The notes below the pieces were generated by a model, which saw only the letters and a program-made list of their open reading frames with translations, ran no database searches and had not been told where the DNA came from. Positions 1 through 9,838 of a stretch of 64,000 nt of DNA are shown here, piece after piece (the first letter of the stretch is position 1; each line of letters opens with the position of its first letter). Source of the DNA: Rhodospirillales bacterium (GTDB lineage: Bacteria; Pseudomonadota; Alphaproteobacteria; Rhodospirillales; Shumkoniaceae); contig JACZKS010000147.1 in assembly GCA_014859895.1 (NCBI GenBank), forward strand, positions 68,642 through 132,641. Direction: 5' to 3'. The position numbers were made by a program, and so were the translations under genes.

Positions 1-175
1 CCGTGGTCTCGGCGTGATAGAGAGGCACACCGGACGTATTGGCGGCGTTGCGGCCGACCGCGACCACGGCCCCGTCGCGGACGATGGCGGCACCGAAGGC
101 CCAATCGCCGGCCGCGGCCGCTGATCGGGCTTCGTCGAGGGCCACGCCCATGAAGTGGTGGTGCTGGTCGTTCAT
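1..175 (-). CDS. Nucleoside/nucleobase deaminase (cytidine deaminase/TadA/guanine deaminase fold), N-terminal part; runs off the window
   Basis: Not in the ORF track. Manual translation from ATG at 175: MNDQHHHFMGVALDEARSAAAAGDWAFGAAIVRDGAVVAVGRNAANTSGVPLYHAETT, containing the PFGA-like segment and the HAE zinc motif. Confidence 0.85.
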   Translation of the reverse strand, partial: MNDQHHHFMGVALDEARSAAAAGDWAFGAAIVRDGAVVAVGRNAANTSGVPLYHAETT

Positions 176-214
176 CGGTCTCGCTTCCCGCCGCCCGTCG
201 GCCGGTGTTCCGCT

Positions 215-1132
215 TCAGCCCCGCGGGAAATGTTCCCGCCAGTGGCGCGCGATGTCGACGCGCCGGGCCACCCATACCTTGTCGTGCGAAAGGACGTAAT
301 CGACGAACCGCTTGAGCGCCTGGAAGCGGGCCGGCTTGCCGATCAGCCGGCAATGCAGGCCAACCGACATCATGCGCGGCTTTTCGGCGCCCTCCTCGTA
401 GAGGATATCGAAGGCGTCCTTCATGTAGGTGAAATACTGCTCGCCGCTGTTGAACCCTTGGATCGCGGCGAACTTCATGTCGTTGGTGTCCAGCGTATAG
501 GGCACCACCAGGTGCGGCTTTTCCACCACCCGGCTCCAGAACGGCAGGTCATCGGAATAGTCGTCGGCGTCATAGAGGAAGCCGCCTTCCTCGGCGACCA
601 GCACGCGGGTGTTCTCGCTGGTGCGCCCGGTGTACCAGCCGAGCGGCCGTTCGCCGGTGATGCGTTTCTGGATCTCGATGGCAAGCCGCATGTGCTCGCG
701 CTCCTGCTCGATCGGCATCCCGTGATAGTTGATCCAGCGATAGCCGTGCGAGCAGATCTCGTGGCCGTCCTTGAGCACGACCTCGGCGACCAGCGGGTTG
801 CGCTCCAGCGCCATGGCGATGCCGAAGACCGTGATCGGCAGCCGCCGCTCGCGGAACAGCTTCAGCACCCGCCAGACGCCGGCCCGGCTGCCGTATTCGT
901 AGAGCGATTCCATGCTCATGTGGCGGGCGCCGACAAACGGCACCGCGCCGACCATTTCCGACAGGAAGGTTTCCGAGGCAGCGTCACCATGCAGCACGCA
1001 GTTCTCGCCGCCCTCTTCGTAGTTGAGCACGAACTGCACCGCGATGCGGGCGTCGCCAGGCCATTTCGCATGCGGCACGTCCGGGCCGTAGCCGGTCATG
1101 TCGCGTGGGTAATCGGTCGTCATGGTGGTCAT
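215..1132 (-). CDS. puuE: Allantoinase PuuE (polysaccharide deacetylase fold)
   Basis: YPRDMTGYG, WPGDARIAVQFVLNYEEGGENCVLHGD, ESLYEYGSRAG and MMSVGLHCRLIGKPAR signatures; purine catabolism context. Confidence 0.92.
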   Translation of the reverse strand: MTTMTTDYPRDMTGYGPDVPHAKWPGDARIAVQFVLNYEEGGENCVLHGDAASETFLSEMVGAVPFVGARHMSMESLYEYGSRAGVWRVLKLFRERRLPITVFGIAMALERNPLVAEVVLKDGHEICSHGYRWINYHGMPIEQEREHMRLAIEIQKRITGERPLGWYTGRTSENTRVLVAEEGGFLYDADDYSDDLPFWSRVVEKPHLVVPYTLDTNDMKFAAIQGFNSGEQYFTYMKDAFDILYEEGAEKPRMMSVGLHCRLIGKPARFQALKRFVDYVLSHDKVWVARRVDIARHWREHFPRG

Positions 1133-1281
1133 TCCGATGCCTTTCTTCTTGCTTATTGCGCGGGCGCTCCACGCCCGCCCGCCTGATCAGAACATTCCTC
1201 GGAATATTCCGGCCCCAGGCCCGGCCGGCCCCGAAAAGGACCCGGCGCGCGGGAATTCGCCCGCGCGCCGGTCCGTCGTCG

Positions 1282-2736
1282 TCAGTCGTCGGCGCGAACC
1301 GCCAACGGGCTGGTGCTCATCAGACCGTAGTAGAACACGGCGCCCAGGAAGGCTCCGATCACCCAGCCGTAGCCGGAGAGGAAGCTCAGGGCCGGCACCC
1401 ATTCCGTCGAGATGGAGAAGACAGCGGCCGCCCCGAAAGCGATCAGCGCCCGCTGGTTCCAGCCGTTGAGATAGTAGTACTTGCTGCCCGGCTCCGAGGA
1501 GAACAGTTGCTGAATGTCCAGCTTCTGCTTCTTCACCAGGTAGTAGTCGCAGATCATGATCCCGTAGACCGGGGCGAGGATGGCACCCAGCGTGTTGACG
1601 AAGCCGGCGATGCCGATGTTGCTGATCACCGAGACCCACAGCGCACCGACGAAGAAGGCGGCAATCGAGGTGATCAACCCGCCCATCCGGAAATTGATCT
1701 TGCTGGGCATCAGGTTGGCCAGGTCGTAGGCCGGCGGCACGAAGTTGGCCACCACGTTGATGCCCACCGTCGCCGCGAAGAAGGTGACGGCGGCGATGAC
1801 GGTCAGCGCCAGGTTGTCGACCCGCTCGACGATGTCGGCGGGATTGGTCAGGCGCTCGCCGAACAGCACGACGGTACCGGCGGTGACGAAGAGCGCGATG
1901 AACGAGAAGAAGGCGACGTTGAGCGGCAGGCCGAGCAGGTTGCCGATCTTCATCTCCCTCTCGCTGCGCACGAAGCGCGAGAAGTCGCCGAAGTTGATGA
2001 CCACGGCCGCGAAGTAGGCGATCATCGTGCCGGTAATGCCGAGGAAAGCGGCCACAGGACCGCCGGCGTAGGTGCCGGAACCGCTGAAGATGTTGCCGAC
2101 TTCAGACAGCAGGCTGCCGCCCGCCATGTACCAGATGATCCCCATGAGAATGAGCATCACCACGTAGACGAAGGGGCCGGCCCAGTTGAGGAAATGGCGG
2201 ATCGTCTCGATACCCCGCCAGAAGAGGAAGAGCTGGAACAGCCACACGACGATGAAGGAGAACCAGCCGACCGCGGTCATGCCCAGGAATTGCGCGCCGC
2301 CGCCGGTGCCGAACAGCGCGTTGATCAAAATGGCCAACGCGGTGGAGGCAAAGTAGGTCTGCACACCGTACCAGAAGATGGCGACGATGGCCCGGACCAT
2401 GGCCGGGAAGTTGGCGCCGCGCACGCCCATGCTGACGCGGGCCATCACCGGGTAGGGAATGCCGTAGCGCACGCTGGGCTGGCCCGACAGATTGACCAGC
2501 ACCATGATGATGAAGCCGGCCAGGATGATCGCCGCCATCACCGCCCAGCCGTTCAGGCCGTAGGTGATGAACAGCGAGGCTGCCAGGGTGTAACCGAACA
2601 GGCTCTGGATGTCGTTCGACCACACGTTGAAAATTTCAAACCATCCCCACGACCGCTTTGTGTGCGGAATGGGAGCCAGATCCGCGTTGTACAACGTCGG
2701 ATCGATTTTCTTGATCTCAAGATCGCGAGTATCCAT
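1282..2736 (-). CDS. NCS1 family nucleobase:cation symporter (allantoin/uracil-type)
   Basis: LYNADLAP, PSVRYGIPYPV, WYGVQTY and GINVVANFV motifs; about 12 hydrophobic segments. Confidence 0.9.
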   Translation of the reverse strand: MDTRDLEIKKIDPTLYNADLAPIPHTKRSWGWFEIFNVWSNDIQSLFGYTLAASLFITYGLNGWAVMAAIILAGFIIMVLVNLSGQPSVRYGIPYPVMARVSMGVRGANFPAMVRAIVAIFWYGVQTYFASTALAILINALFGTGGGAQFLGMTAVGWFSFIVVWLFQLFLFWRGIETIRHFLNWAGPFVYVVMLILMGIIWYMAGGSLLSEVGNIFSGSGTYAGGPVAAFLGITGTMIAYFAAVVINFGDFSRFVRSEREMKIGNLLGLPLNVAFFSFIALFVTAGTVVLFGERLTNPADIVERVDNLALTVIAAVTFFAATVGINVVANFVPPAYDLANLMPSKINFRMGGLITSIAAFFVGALWVSVISNIGIAGFVNTLGAILAPVYGIMICDYYLVKKQKLDIQQLFSSEPGSKYYYLNGWNQRALIAFGAAAVFSISTEWVPALSFLSGYGWVIGAFLGAVFYYGLMSTSPLAVRADD

Positions 2737-2800
2737 GATTCCCCCTATTCTTCTCCTGTTGTCTTGTCTTGCACGTTTTTGACTGCACTCTTGCCTCTGC

Positions 2801-4357
2801 TTACCGGCCGTTCAGCCGATAAAACGGTTCCGTCACATCCAGATGCGCCAGCATCTCGTTGTGCCAGCGCTGGTGAAAAGGAATCAGTCGGCGGATTGGT
2901 TCCTGACGGGCCCGTTGAGCGTTCGATAGGCCTCGGGCGCAGAGGGCTTTCACCTCGGCGAACAGGGCCTCGACGTCATAGCCGACGAATCGGCCGTCCT
3001 CGACCACGACCTGACCACCGACCACGACAGTCCGGACATGTGATCCCTTTGCCCTCAGGACCACGGTTTCCAGCAGGTCGGCATCGGGGCTGGTCCACGG
3101 AGCATCAAGGATCGGCGCGGCATCGACGAGAACAAGGTCGGCAAGGTGCCCCGCCGCCAGGGTTCCGAGACGGTTTCCAAAACCAATTACATGGGCCGCG
3201 TTGACCGTCGCCATGCGCAGCACCTGGGCGCCGGTGATGGCCGGCGTCCCTTCGAGATCGAAACCCGGGATGCGGTGCAGCTGATGGATCAGCCGCATCT
3301 CCATGAAGGGGTCCTCGTCATCGTTGATGCTCTTGTCGTCGATGCCCATCGCCACGTTGACGCCGGCCCGCAGCAACTCATAGACCGGAGCGATGCCGTT
3401 GCGGACGTGCAGGTTGCAGCTGGCATGGTGGGTGATCGAGGCGCCGCGTCGGGCGAGAAGCGCGATGTCATCTGCCGAAATCCAGACCATGTGGCCGAAT
3501 ACGGTGTTGGGCGCGACCAGCCCCTTGTCGTCGAGGACAGCCAGCAATGAACGGCCGTATTTCTTGAAGCCGTAGGCGCGCTGATGGGGCGTCTGCAGGG
3601 TATGGATGTGGATGGGTACGCCGCCCAACGCCGCCGCGCGGTCGCGAATGCGGTCCATCAGGCGGTCGGTGCCGCCGTGCGCCCAGCTCGGTCCCAGCAG
3701 GATACGCACATCAGGCCCGTTGTATTTGGCGTGGAGATGCTCGAAGACCTCAAAGAAACGCGCTTCGTCCTCGTCCGCATCGTACTCGGTGAATGGCCGG
3801 GCCAGCGCCCGCAAGTCGGGCGGCAGGGTTTCGAGGAAATCTTTCTCGTCGCAGGCGAAGCGGTTGACGTTACGGATGGCTGGCGAGTAGGCCAGTCGAA
3901 TACCGGTTTTTCTGTAGGCCCCGATTGCTTTCTCGGCGTTGCCGATGGCGTCGGGGCCAAGATCGTCCCAGCCGGTGTGATGGAGCGTTGTACAGCCATT
4001 GGCGAGATGGCGAACCGCTGTCAGCGCGGCGCCGAGATCGGGAGGCAGCGATACGCGCCACGGCTCGTCGAGCAGCATGTTCTCCAGGAAGTCGTAGCCA
4101 ACCCCCGCCTGGACGCGGGTGATGCCGTAGCCATGGGTGTGGGCGTCGATCAGCCCCGGCATCACGATCTGGCTCCCATCGCCGATGATCGTCGCGTCGG
4201 GAAAGCGCCGGCGCAGCGTCTCGAAGGGACCGCTTTCGCGCACCGTAGCGCCGGCGACGGCAATGGCGCCGTCGTCGATCCACCGGCCGATCCCGTCTTC
4301 CGCATCGATCAGGACGTGGCGGCCGCGGAACAGCGTGACGGTGGTGTTTTCCGGCAT
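2801..4357 (-). CDS. Metal-dependent amidohydrolase (AtzA/TrzA/guanine deaminase-like)
   Basis: MPGLIDAHTH, HIHTLQT and GIDD motifs. Start moved to ATG 4357, which follows a GAGGAG RBS. Confidence 0.85.
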   Translation of the reverse strand: MPENTTVTLFRGRHVLIDAEDGIGRWIDDGAIAVAGATVRESGPFETLRRRFPDATIIGDGSQIVMPGLIDAHTHGYGITRVQAGVGYDFLENMLLDEPWRVSLPPDLGAALTAVRHLANGCTTLHHTGWDDLGPDAIGNAEKAIGAYRKTGIRLAYSPAIRNVNRFACDEKDFLETLPPDLRALARPFTEYDADEDEARFFEVFEHLHAKYNGPDVRILLGPSWAHGGTDRLMDRIRDRAAALGGVPIHIHTLQTPHQRAYGFKKYGRSLLAVLDDKGLVAPNTVFGHMVWISADDIALLARRGASITHHASCNLHVRNGIAPVYELLRAGVNVAMGIDDKSINDDEDPFMEMRLIHQLHRIPGFDLEGTPAITGAQVLRMATVNAAHVIGFGNRLGTLAAGHLADLVLVDAAPILDAPWTSPDADLLETVVLRAKGSHVRTVVVGGQVVVEDGRFVGYDVEALFAEVKALCARGLSNAQRARQEPIRRLIPFHQRWHNEMLAHLDVTEPFYRLNGR

Positions 4358-4390
4358 GTCGCTCCTCACCTTCTCACAGGCGCCACTGCG

Positions 4391-5101
4391 TCATGGTGCC
4401 TTCTCCTTGGCGCGTGGTGTGGCGTAGGCGCCGACCTTGCTGGTTTTGAGCCCGGCGCCGAGGAGCGCCTCGACCATCTTGACGGCGATGGCGACGCCGT
4501 CGATCACGGGGATCTTCGTCTCGGCGCTCAGCCAAGCGGTCAGGTCGGTCATGCCGGCGCAGCCGAGGATGACGGCCTCGCAGCGGTCCTCGCGCACGGC
4601 CCTGAGGATCTCGTCGCGGATGACCTCGCGGGCCCGCCCGCCCTTCTCTTCCAAGGCCAGCACCGGCAGGTCGGAGGCCCGCACTTTCCGGCAACGCCGC
4701 TCCATCCCGTACTTGACCGCCAAGTCCTCGATGATGGGAACCGAGCGCGACAGAGTGGTGACCACCGAGAAACTGGAGGACACCATCGAGGCCGCGTGCA
4801 TGGCCGCCTCGCAGATGCCGAGCACCGGGCCGTTGGCCACCTCCCGGCAGGCATCGAGCCCAGTGTCGTCAAAGCAGGCGACGACATAGCCGTCGCACCC
4901 GTCGGCTTCGCCTTTGCGGATCTCGGCCAGGAGGCCGGGCACCGCCAGAGCGCCGTCGGTGTGGCCCTCGATGCTGGCCGGGCTATCCTTGGGATTGGTG
5001 GCGACGATTTCGGTCCCCGGCGCCGCCAGCGCCTCGGCGCAGCGCCGGATCTTGTCGGTCATCGAGGCGGTCGAGTTGGGGTTGACGATCTTGATCTTCA
5101 T
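4391..5101 (-). CDS. Asp/Glu/hydantoin racemase (probable allantoin racemase)
   Basis: IVNPNSTASMT, ACFDDTG and ILGCAGM catalytic Cys motifs. Confidence 0.88.
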   Translation of the reverse strand: MKIKIVNPNSTASMTDKIRRCAEALAAPGTEIVATNPKDSPASIEGHTDGALAVPGLLAEIRKGEADGCDGYVVACFDDTGLDACREVANGPVLGICEAAMHAASMVSSSFSVVTTLSRSVPIIEDLAVKYGMERRCRKVRASDLPVLALEEKGGRAREVIRDEILRAVREDRCEAVILGCAGMTDLTAWLSAETKIPVIDGVAIAVKMVEALLGAGLKTSKVGAYATPRAKEKAP

Positions 5102-5122
5102 GGCCGCGGGTCTCCCGCCTTC

Positions 5123-5839
5123 CTAGAGTTCGCCGCCCAGGTAGAGCTTCTGGATACGGGGATCGGTGCGCAGCTCGGCCGAGATGCCCTCGATGGCGAT
5201 CTCGCCGGTGGAGAAGGCATAGGCCCGGTGCGAGATGGCCAACGCCATGCGCGAGTTCTGTTCGACCAGAATCACCGAGACGCCGTGGTCGCGGTTGATG
5301 GCGACGATCGAGCGGGCGATGTCCTGGACCAGCTTGGGCGCGATGCCGAGCGACGGCTCGTCGAGCAGCAGCAACCGCGGCGCCGCCATCAGCGCCCGCC
5401 CGATGACCAGCATCTGCTGCTCGCCGCCGCTGAGCGTGCCGGCAGCCTGGGAATAGCGCTCCTTGAGCCGCGGGAAGCGGGCGAGCACGCCTTCGAGGTC
5501 GGCGGCGATGGCCCTCTTGTCGCTGCGCGTGAAGGCCCCCATCAGCAGGTTGTCCTTGACCGACATGAAGGGGAAGACGCGCCGACCCTCGGGGACCATG
5601 GCCACGCCCTTGCGCACGATCTGGTCGGGCGGAAGGTGATCGAGGCGGGTGCCGTCGAACCAGATCTCGCCCTCGGTGAGCTTCTTGAGGCCGGTGATGG
5701 CGCGCAGCGTCGACGACTTGCCGGCCCCGTTGGCGCCGATCAGGGCGATGGTCTCGCCTTCCTCCATGGAGATGGAGACGTTGCGGACGGCGCGGACGCG
5801 ATCGTAATTGAGGTTGATGTTCTTGACTTCGAAGTACAT
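5123..5839 (-). CDS. Branched-chain amino acid-type ABC transporter ATP-binding subunit (LivF-like)
   Basis: GANGAGKS Walker A, LSGGEQQ signature, LLLDEPSLG. Confidence 0.92.
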   Translation of the reverse strand: MYFEVKNINLNYDRVRAVRNVSISMEEGETIALIGANGAGKSSTLRAITGLKKLTEGEIWFDGTRLDHLPPDQIVRKGVAMVPEGRRVFPFMSVKDNLLMGAFTRSDKRAIAADLEGVLARFPRLKERYSQAAGTLSGGEQQMLVIGRALMAAPRLLLLDEPSLGIAPKLVQDIARSIVAINRDHGVSVILVEQNSRMALAISHRAYAFSTGEIAIEGISAELRTDPRIQKLYLGGEL

Positions 5840-5842
5840 GGC

Positions 5843-6622
5843 TCAGATCCCGATCTCTTGGTCTTCGCGCCCGAGATAGGCCTCAATCACACGCTCGTTG
5901 CTTTGTATTTCCGCCGGCGTTCCCTCGGCGATCATCTGGCCGAAGTTGAGCACGACGATGCGGTCGCTGATCTTCATGACCGCCTTCATGTCGTGCTCGA
6001 CCAGAAGGATGGTGATGCCGCGGTCGCGCACACCACGCACCATCTCGACCGCCTTCATGGTCTCGTCGTGGTTCATGCCGGCGAAGGGTTCGTCGAGCAG
6101 CAGCACCTGCGGCTTGGCGGCCAGACCGATGGCAATGCCGAGCGCCCGCAGATAACCGTGTGGCAGGTTGCGCGCCACTTCGTTCTGGACGTGGCCGAGC
6201 CCGAGATACTCGAGGATCTCGGCCGCCGACTCGTGGAAGTCGATCTCGTCGCGGCGGGCCGTCAGTGTACCGGCGTAGTGGCCGAGCAGGCTGGCCTTGC
6301 TTTGCAGGTGGTGGGCGACGACGACGTTCTGACGGGCCGTCATGTCCTTGAAGATGGTGGTTTCCTGGAATGTCCGCACAACGCCCTTGCGGGCGACGAT
6401 GTGCGGCGCCAGGCCGGAGATACGCTCGCCGTTGAACCGGACCTCGCCGTGGGTCGGCCGCAGGAACGACGAGATGAGCTTGAACAAGGTGGATTTACCG
6501 GCCCCGTTCGGCCCGATAACGGACAGGATCTCCTTGTCGTTCACCTTGAAAGAGGCATCGCCGACCGCGGTCAGGCCGCCGAATTTCTTGGTCAGGCCGT
6601 TGATTTCCAGGAGCGCAGTCAT
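5843..6622 (-). CDS. ABC transporter ATP-binding subunit (LivG-like)
   Basis: GPNGAGKS, LPHG signature variant, LLLDEPFAG, EAYLG C-terminal motif. Confidence 0.92.
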   Translation of the reverse strand: MTALLEINGLTKKFGGLTAVGDASFKVNDKEILSVIGPNGAGKSTLFKLISSFLRPTHGEVRFNGERISGLAPHIVARKGVVRTFQETTIFKDMTARQNVVVAHHLQSKASLLGHYAGTLTARRDEIDFHESAAEILEYLGLGHVQNEVARNLPHGYLRALGIAIGLAAKPQVLLLDEPFAGMNHDETMKAVEMVRGVRDRGITILLVEHDMKAVMKISDRIVVLNFGQMIAEGTPAEIQSNERVIEAYLGREDQEIGI

Positions 6623-7599
6623 TTATCGGCCTCCCGCTTGTTGAACAGGGGAAGGCTCAGGATGCCGTTGGGCAGGGTGACGATGAGCATGATCAGGATC
6701 GCCGAGTAGATCAGCAATTGGAACCTGCCGGTCGTGAACAGCAGATCCCACCCGAAGTAGATCATCAACGTACCGAGCATCGGCCCGAAGACGTAACCAA
6801 GGCCGCCCAGGAAGCAGTTGAGCATGAAGTCCACGGAGTCCTTCACCGGGAAGCTTGCCGGATAGATGGACCGTGAAATCGCGACGAAAATCGCGCCCGA
6901 GATCCCACCGAGAAACGACGAGATGGCAAAGGCGATGACCCGCAGATAGGCAATGTTGACGCCGATCGACGAAGCCAGTTCTTCGTTCTGCTGCAGCGAA
7001 CGGCAGAGATGGCCGACCCGTGAATTCACCAGGCGATAGAGCCCGGCAAAGCTGACGACCATCAAGACGGTGGCCAGATAGTAAAAGGCCAGCTTCACGT
7101 TCCCTATGGTCGAAAAGTCGGGGATGATCGTCAGCCCGAAGATGGAGAGCTCGCCGGGCAGCGGGATCGACGAGATACCGCGGGCGCCGTTGGTAATCGG
7201 CAGTGCCAGGGCGGCCAGCCGGGCGACCTCGGTCAGGACCAGCGTGATCATCGCGAAGTAGACGCCCCGCAGGCGCAGGATGGGCAGGCCGATCAGCACC
7301 GCCAGGAGGGCACAAAACAACCCGGAAAGCGGGATGGTCACCCAGAACGAAAAACCATACTTGGTGACCAGGATGGCGGACACGTAGCCGCCGGCCAAAG
7401 CGAAGGCACCCTGGCCGATGTTGATGCGGCCGATATAGAAGGTCAGCCAGACGCCGCCGCTGGCGATCGACAGCAGCGCCACCGAAGTGAGGGTATAATA
7501 GAAGTCCCAGCGGCCGGACACATGGATCAGCCAGGGGACGACCGCGAACACGGTCAGCAGGAACGCTCCCACCGCCACAAGTTGGCTTCTTGTTATCAT
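6619..7599 (-). CDS. ABC transporter permease (LivM-like)
   Basis: LRLRGVYFAMITL motif; multiple TM helices; operon position. Confidence 0.9.
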   Translation of the reverse strand: MITRSQLVAVGAFLLTVFAVVPWLIHVSGRWDFYYTLTSVALLSIASGGVWLTFYIGRINIGQGAFALAGGYVSAILVTKYGFSFWVTIPLSGLFCALLAVLIGLPILRLRGVYFAMITLVLTEVARLAALALPITNGARGISSIPLPGELSIFGLTIIPDFSTIGNVKLAFYYLATVLMVVSFAGLYRLVNSRVGHLCRSLQQNEELASSIGVNIAYLRVIAFAISSFLGGISGAIFVAISRSIYPASFPVKDSVDFMLNCFLGGLGYVFGPMLGTLMIYFGWDLLFTTGRFQLLIYSAILIMLIVTLPNGILSLPLFNKREADK

Positions 7600-7606
7600 C
7601 TTCCGG

Positions 7607-8479
7607 TCAACCCCAGGGTTTGCCCATCAGCCCTTGCGGGCGGATGGCCAGGAACACCATCAAGGATGCGAAAATCACGAGGTAGGTGATGTCGCCGTAG
7701 GCGGCCAGCACCGTAAGGCCGACGGATTCCAGCATGCCAAGGATGAAACCGCCGGCGATGGCGCCGGAAATCACGCCGGCGCCGCCGATCATCACCATCA
7801 TGAAGGCCTTGATCGAGGTGGGTCCGCCCATGCCGAGGTTGATGCCGGTGACGGTGACCAGCAAGCCGCCGACCACGCCCGCCAGCATCGCGCCCAGGGC
7901 AAATCCGATAATCGAGTAGCGGTCGACGTCGACGCCCATGAGCTGGGCGGCAACCTTGTCCTGCGCCAGTGCGCGCATGGCCCGGCCGGTCTTCGAATAC
8001 TGCATGTAGAGGATGAACGCCGCGATCGCCAGGATCGCCAGGACCCCGACCAGGATCTTATCGTAGGGCATCACGATGGTGTAATCGTTGTAGTTGAAGA
8101 TACCGTTGACGATCTTCGGCACACCGCGCTGCTTCTCGCCGAACAGCAGGAGCACAACGGCATCGAGCAAGAAGGCAAGACCCGCGGCGAGAAGCATGGT
8201 GCTTTCTTCGCGCACGGACTTGCGGATCACCGGCCCGAACAGGAACTTCTGAACCAGAGCGCCGATGATCGCGAGCGTCACCCCGGAGGCCGCCACCCCG
8301 ACAACGAAAGGTAGGCCCAGTTGCGCATAGACGGTGTAGGTGACGAACCCGCCAATCACGTACATCTGCCCGTGCGCGAAGTTCAGCACGTTCATCAGGG
8401 CGAAAATCAGGGTCAGCCCCAGGGCGATCAGCGCGTATTGCGCGCCCAGGTACAAACCGTTGGCAATGATCTGTTCCAT
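7607..8479 (-). CDS. ABC transporter permease (LivH-like)
   Basis: ALIALGLTLIF...LNFAHG and TGRAMRALAQD motifs. Confidence 0.92.
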   Translation of the reverse strand: MEQIIANGLYLGAQYALIALGLTLIFALMNVLNFAHGQMYVIGGFVTYTVYAQLGLPFVVGVAASGVTLAIIGALVQKFLFGPVIRKSVREESTMLLAAGLAFLLDAVVLLLFGEKQRGVPKIVNGIFNYNDYTIVMPYDKILVGVLAILAIAAFILYMQYSKTGRAMRALAQDKVAAQLMGVDVDRYSIIGFALGAMLAGVVGGLLVTVTGINLGMGGPTSIKAFMMVMIGGAGVISGAIAGGFILGMLESVGLTVLAAYGDITYLVIFASLMVFLAIRPQGLMGKPWG

Positions 8480-8555
8480 TAAGCAAGTCCAGGCTTGAAG
8501 GGCTCAGGACTTAAAATGGTCCCGAGCCCCTCATGAGACATGGGCCGTCCGTCGA

Positions 8556-9755
8556 TCAGTCGACTTCGGCGATGAACAGCGTTTCGAACTTGCCGTTCCT
8601 GTACTCGTTCACGACCATCGGAACCGAAACCTGACGCTTCTGGCCGAACGAGGTCATGCCGACGTACTTCAGTTTGGCGCCGCCTTTCATGAAGATGTTC
8701 TCGGCCGCCAGCGTCTCCATGGTCTTTTTGAACTCCTCGACATTGTCGATCGCCTTCGGATTGGCCTTCAGGGTTTCGAAAATGTATTCGAGCGCGTAGA
8801 CCTTGGTGTTCGACTCGTCATTGTATTCGCCGAACATCTTGGTGTAGCGGGCGACGAATTCGCGCATGGCGTCGGTCGCGATCTCCGGCGTCGAGGCGCC
8901 GCCCACCGAGATGAAGCCGTTGGCGAGGTCGCCGGCGCCTTCCTTGATGACCGCGGCATCCTGCGCCGTTTCGGCCGAGATTAGGCCCTTGTAGCCGAGT
9001 TCACGAGCCGCGCGGATGAGCTGCGGGGTGTTGGCCGGCGCTGCGCCGGACAGGACCAGCAGGTCGGGTTGCGTACGCACGACCGGCGTCAGGACCGGCG
9101 TGAAGTCGGTGGTGTCGACCTGGTAGGTGATGTTGTCGGAAACCACTGTCAGGCCGAGGGCCTTGGCGGCCGCAACGCCGCTTTCGCGCTGGCTGAGCGG
9201 ATCGGACTCGTTGGCGCAGACGAAAGCGACCTTTTTGACGCCCTTCTTGTCCTGCAGGTACTTGTAGATCGCCGGGCCGGACTGGTAGTTGGCGACCATG
9301 CCGAGGACGGCGTTCGAGGCCGGCTTCACATAGAGCGACTTCGGGAAGGCGTAAGGGAAATAGATGATGTTGTTCTGCTCGGCGACCGGGCGGACGGCGG
9401 CGGCGCCGTCATCGACATTCGGGCCGACGACGTAGTGGATGCGTTCCTGCGCCATCTTCTCCATGCCGGCGATGGCCCGCTTGGGGTCCTTCTGGTCGTC
9501 AAAGGTGACAATCTCGACGTCGTAGGTTTTGTCGCCGATTTTGACGCCGCCGGTCTCATTGATCCAGGCGGCGCGGGTCTGCATCGAACGCACGTTCGAA
9601 ATGCCCCAGGCCGCGGCCGGGCCGCTGGTCACGCCAACAAAGCCGATCCGCAGCTTCTCGTTGGCCGCCCACGCACCCTGTGGCGCCGCCAAGCTGGCGG
9701 CCGCGGCAATGCCGGCCACCACGGCCGTCTGCACGAATATTCTCCGATTCAACAT
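8556..9755 (-). CDS. ABC transporter substrate-binding protein (LivJ/LivK-like)
   Basis: Start re-called at ATG 9755 (MLNRRIFV..., RR-containing signal peptide); IGFVGVTSGPAAAWG and DDQKDP motifs. Confidence 0.88.
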   Translation of the reverse strand: MLNRRIFVQTAVVAGIAAAASLAAPQGAWAANEKLRIGFVGVTSGPAAAWGISNVRSMQTRAAWINETGGVKIGDKTYDVEIVTFDDQKDPKRAIAGMEKMAQERIHYVVGPNVDDGAAAVRPVAEQNNIIYFPYAFPKSLYVKPASNAVLGMVANYQSGPAIYKYLQDKKGVKKVAFVCANESDPLSQRESGVAAAKALGLTVVSDNITYQVDTTDFTPVLTPVVRTQPDLLVLSGAAPANTPQLIRAARELGYKGLISAETAQDAAVIKEGAGDLANGFISVGGASTPEIATDAMREFVARYTKMFGEYNDESNTKVYALEYIFETLKANPKAIDNVEEFKKTMETLAAENIFMKGGAKLKYVGMTSFGQKRQVSVPMVVNEYRNGKFETLFIAEVD

Positions 9756-9838
9756 GGTGTTCTCCCTATTGTCATGATTGAACGTTCTTTTCCGGGTTCT
9801 TCCCGTCTTACGTCGTCTCCCGAAACGAGGGGGCGCCC

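Noticed and set aside
3584-6709. 1041-aa plus-strand ORF
   Set aside because: Antisense shadow of well-supported minus-strand genes; a common artefact of high-GC codon bias; no motifs.
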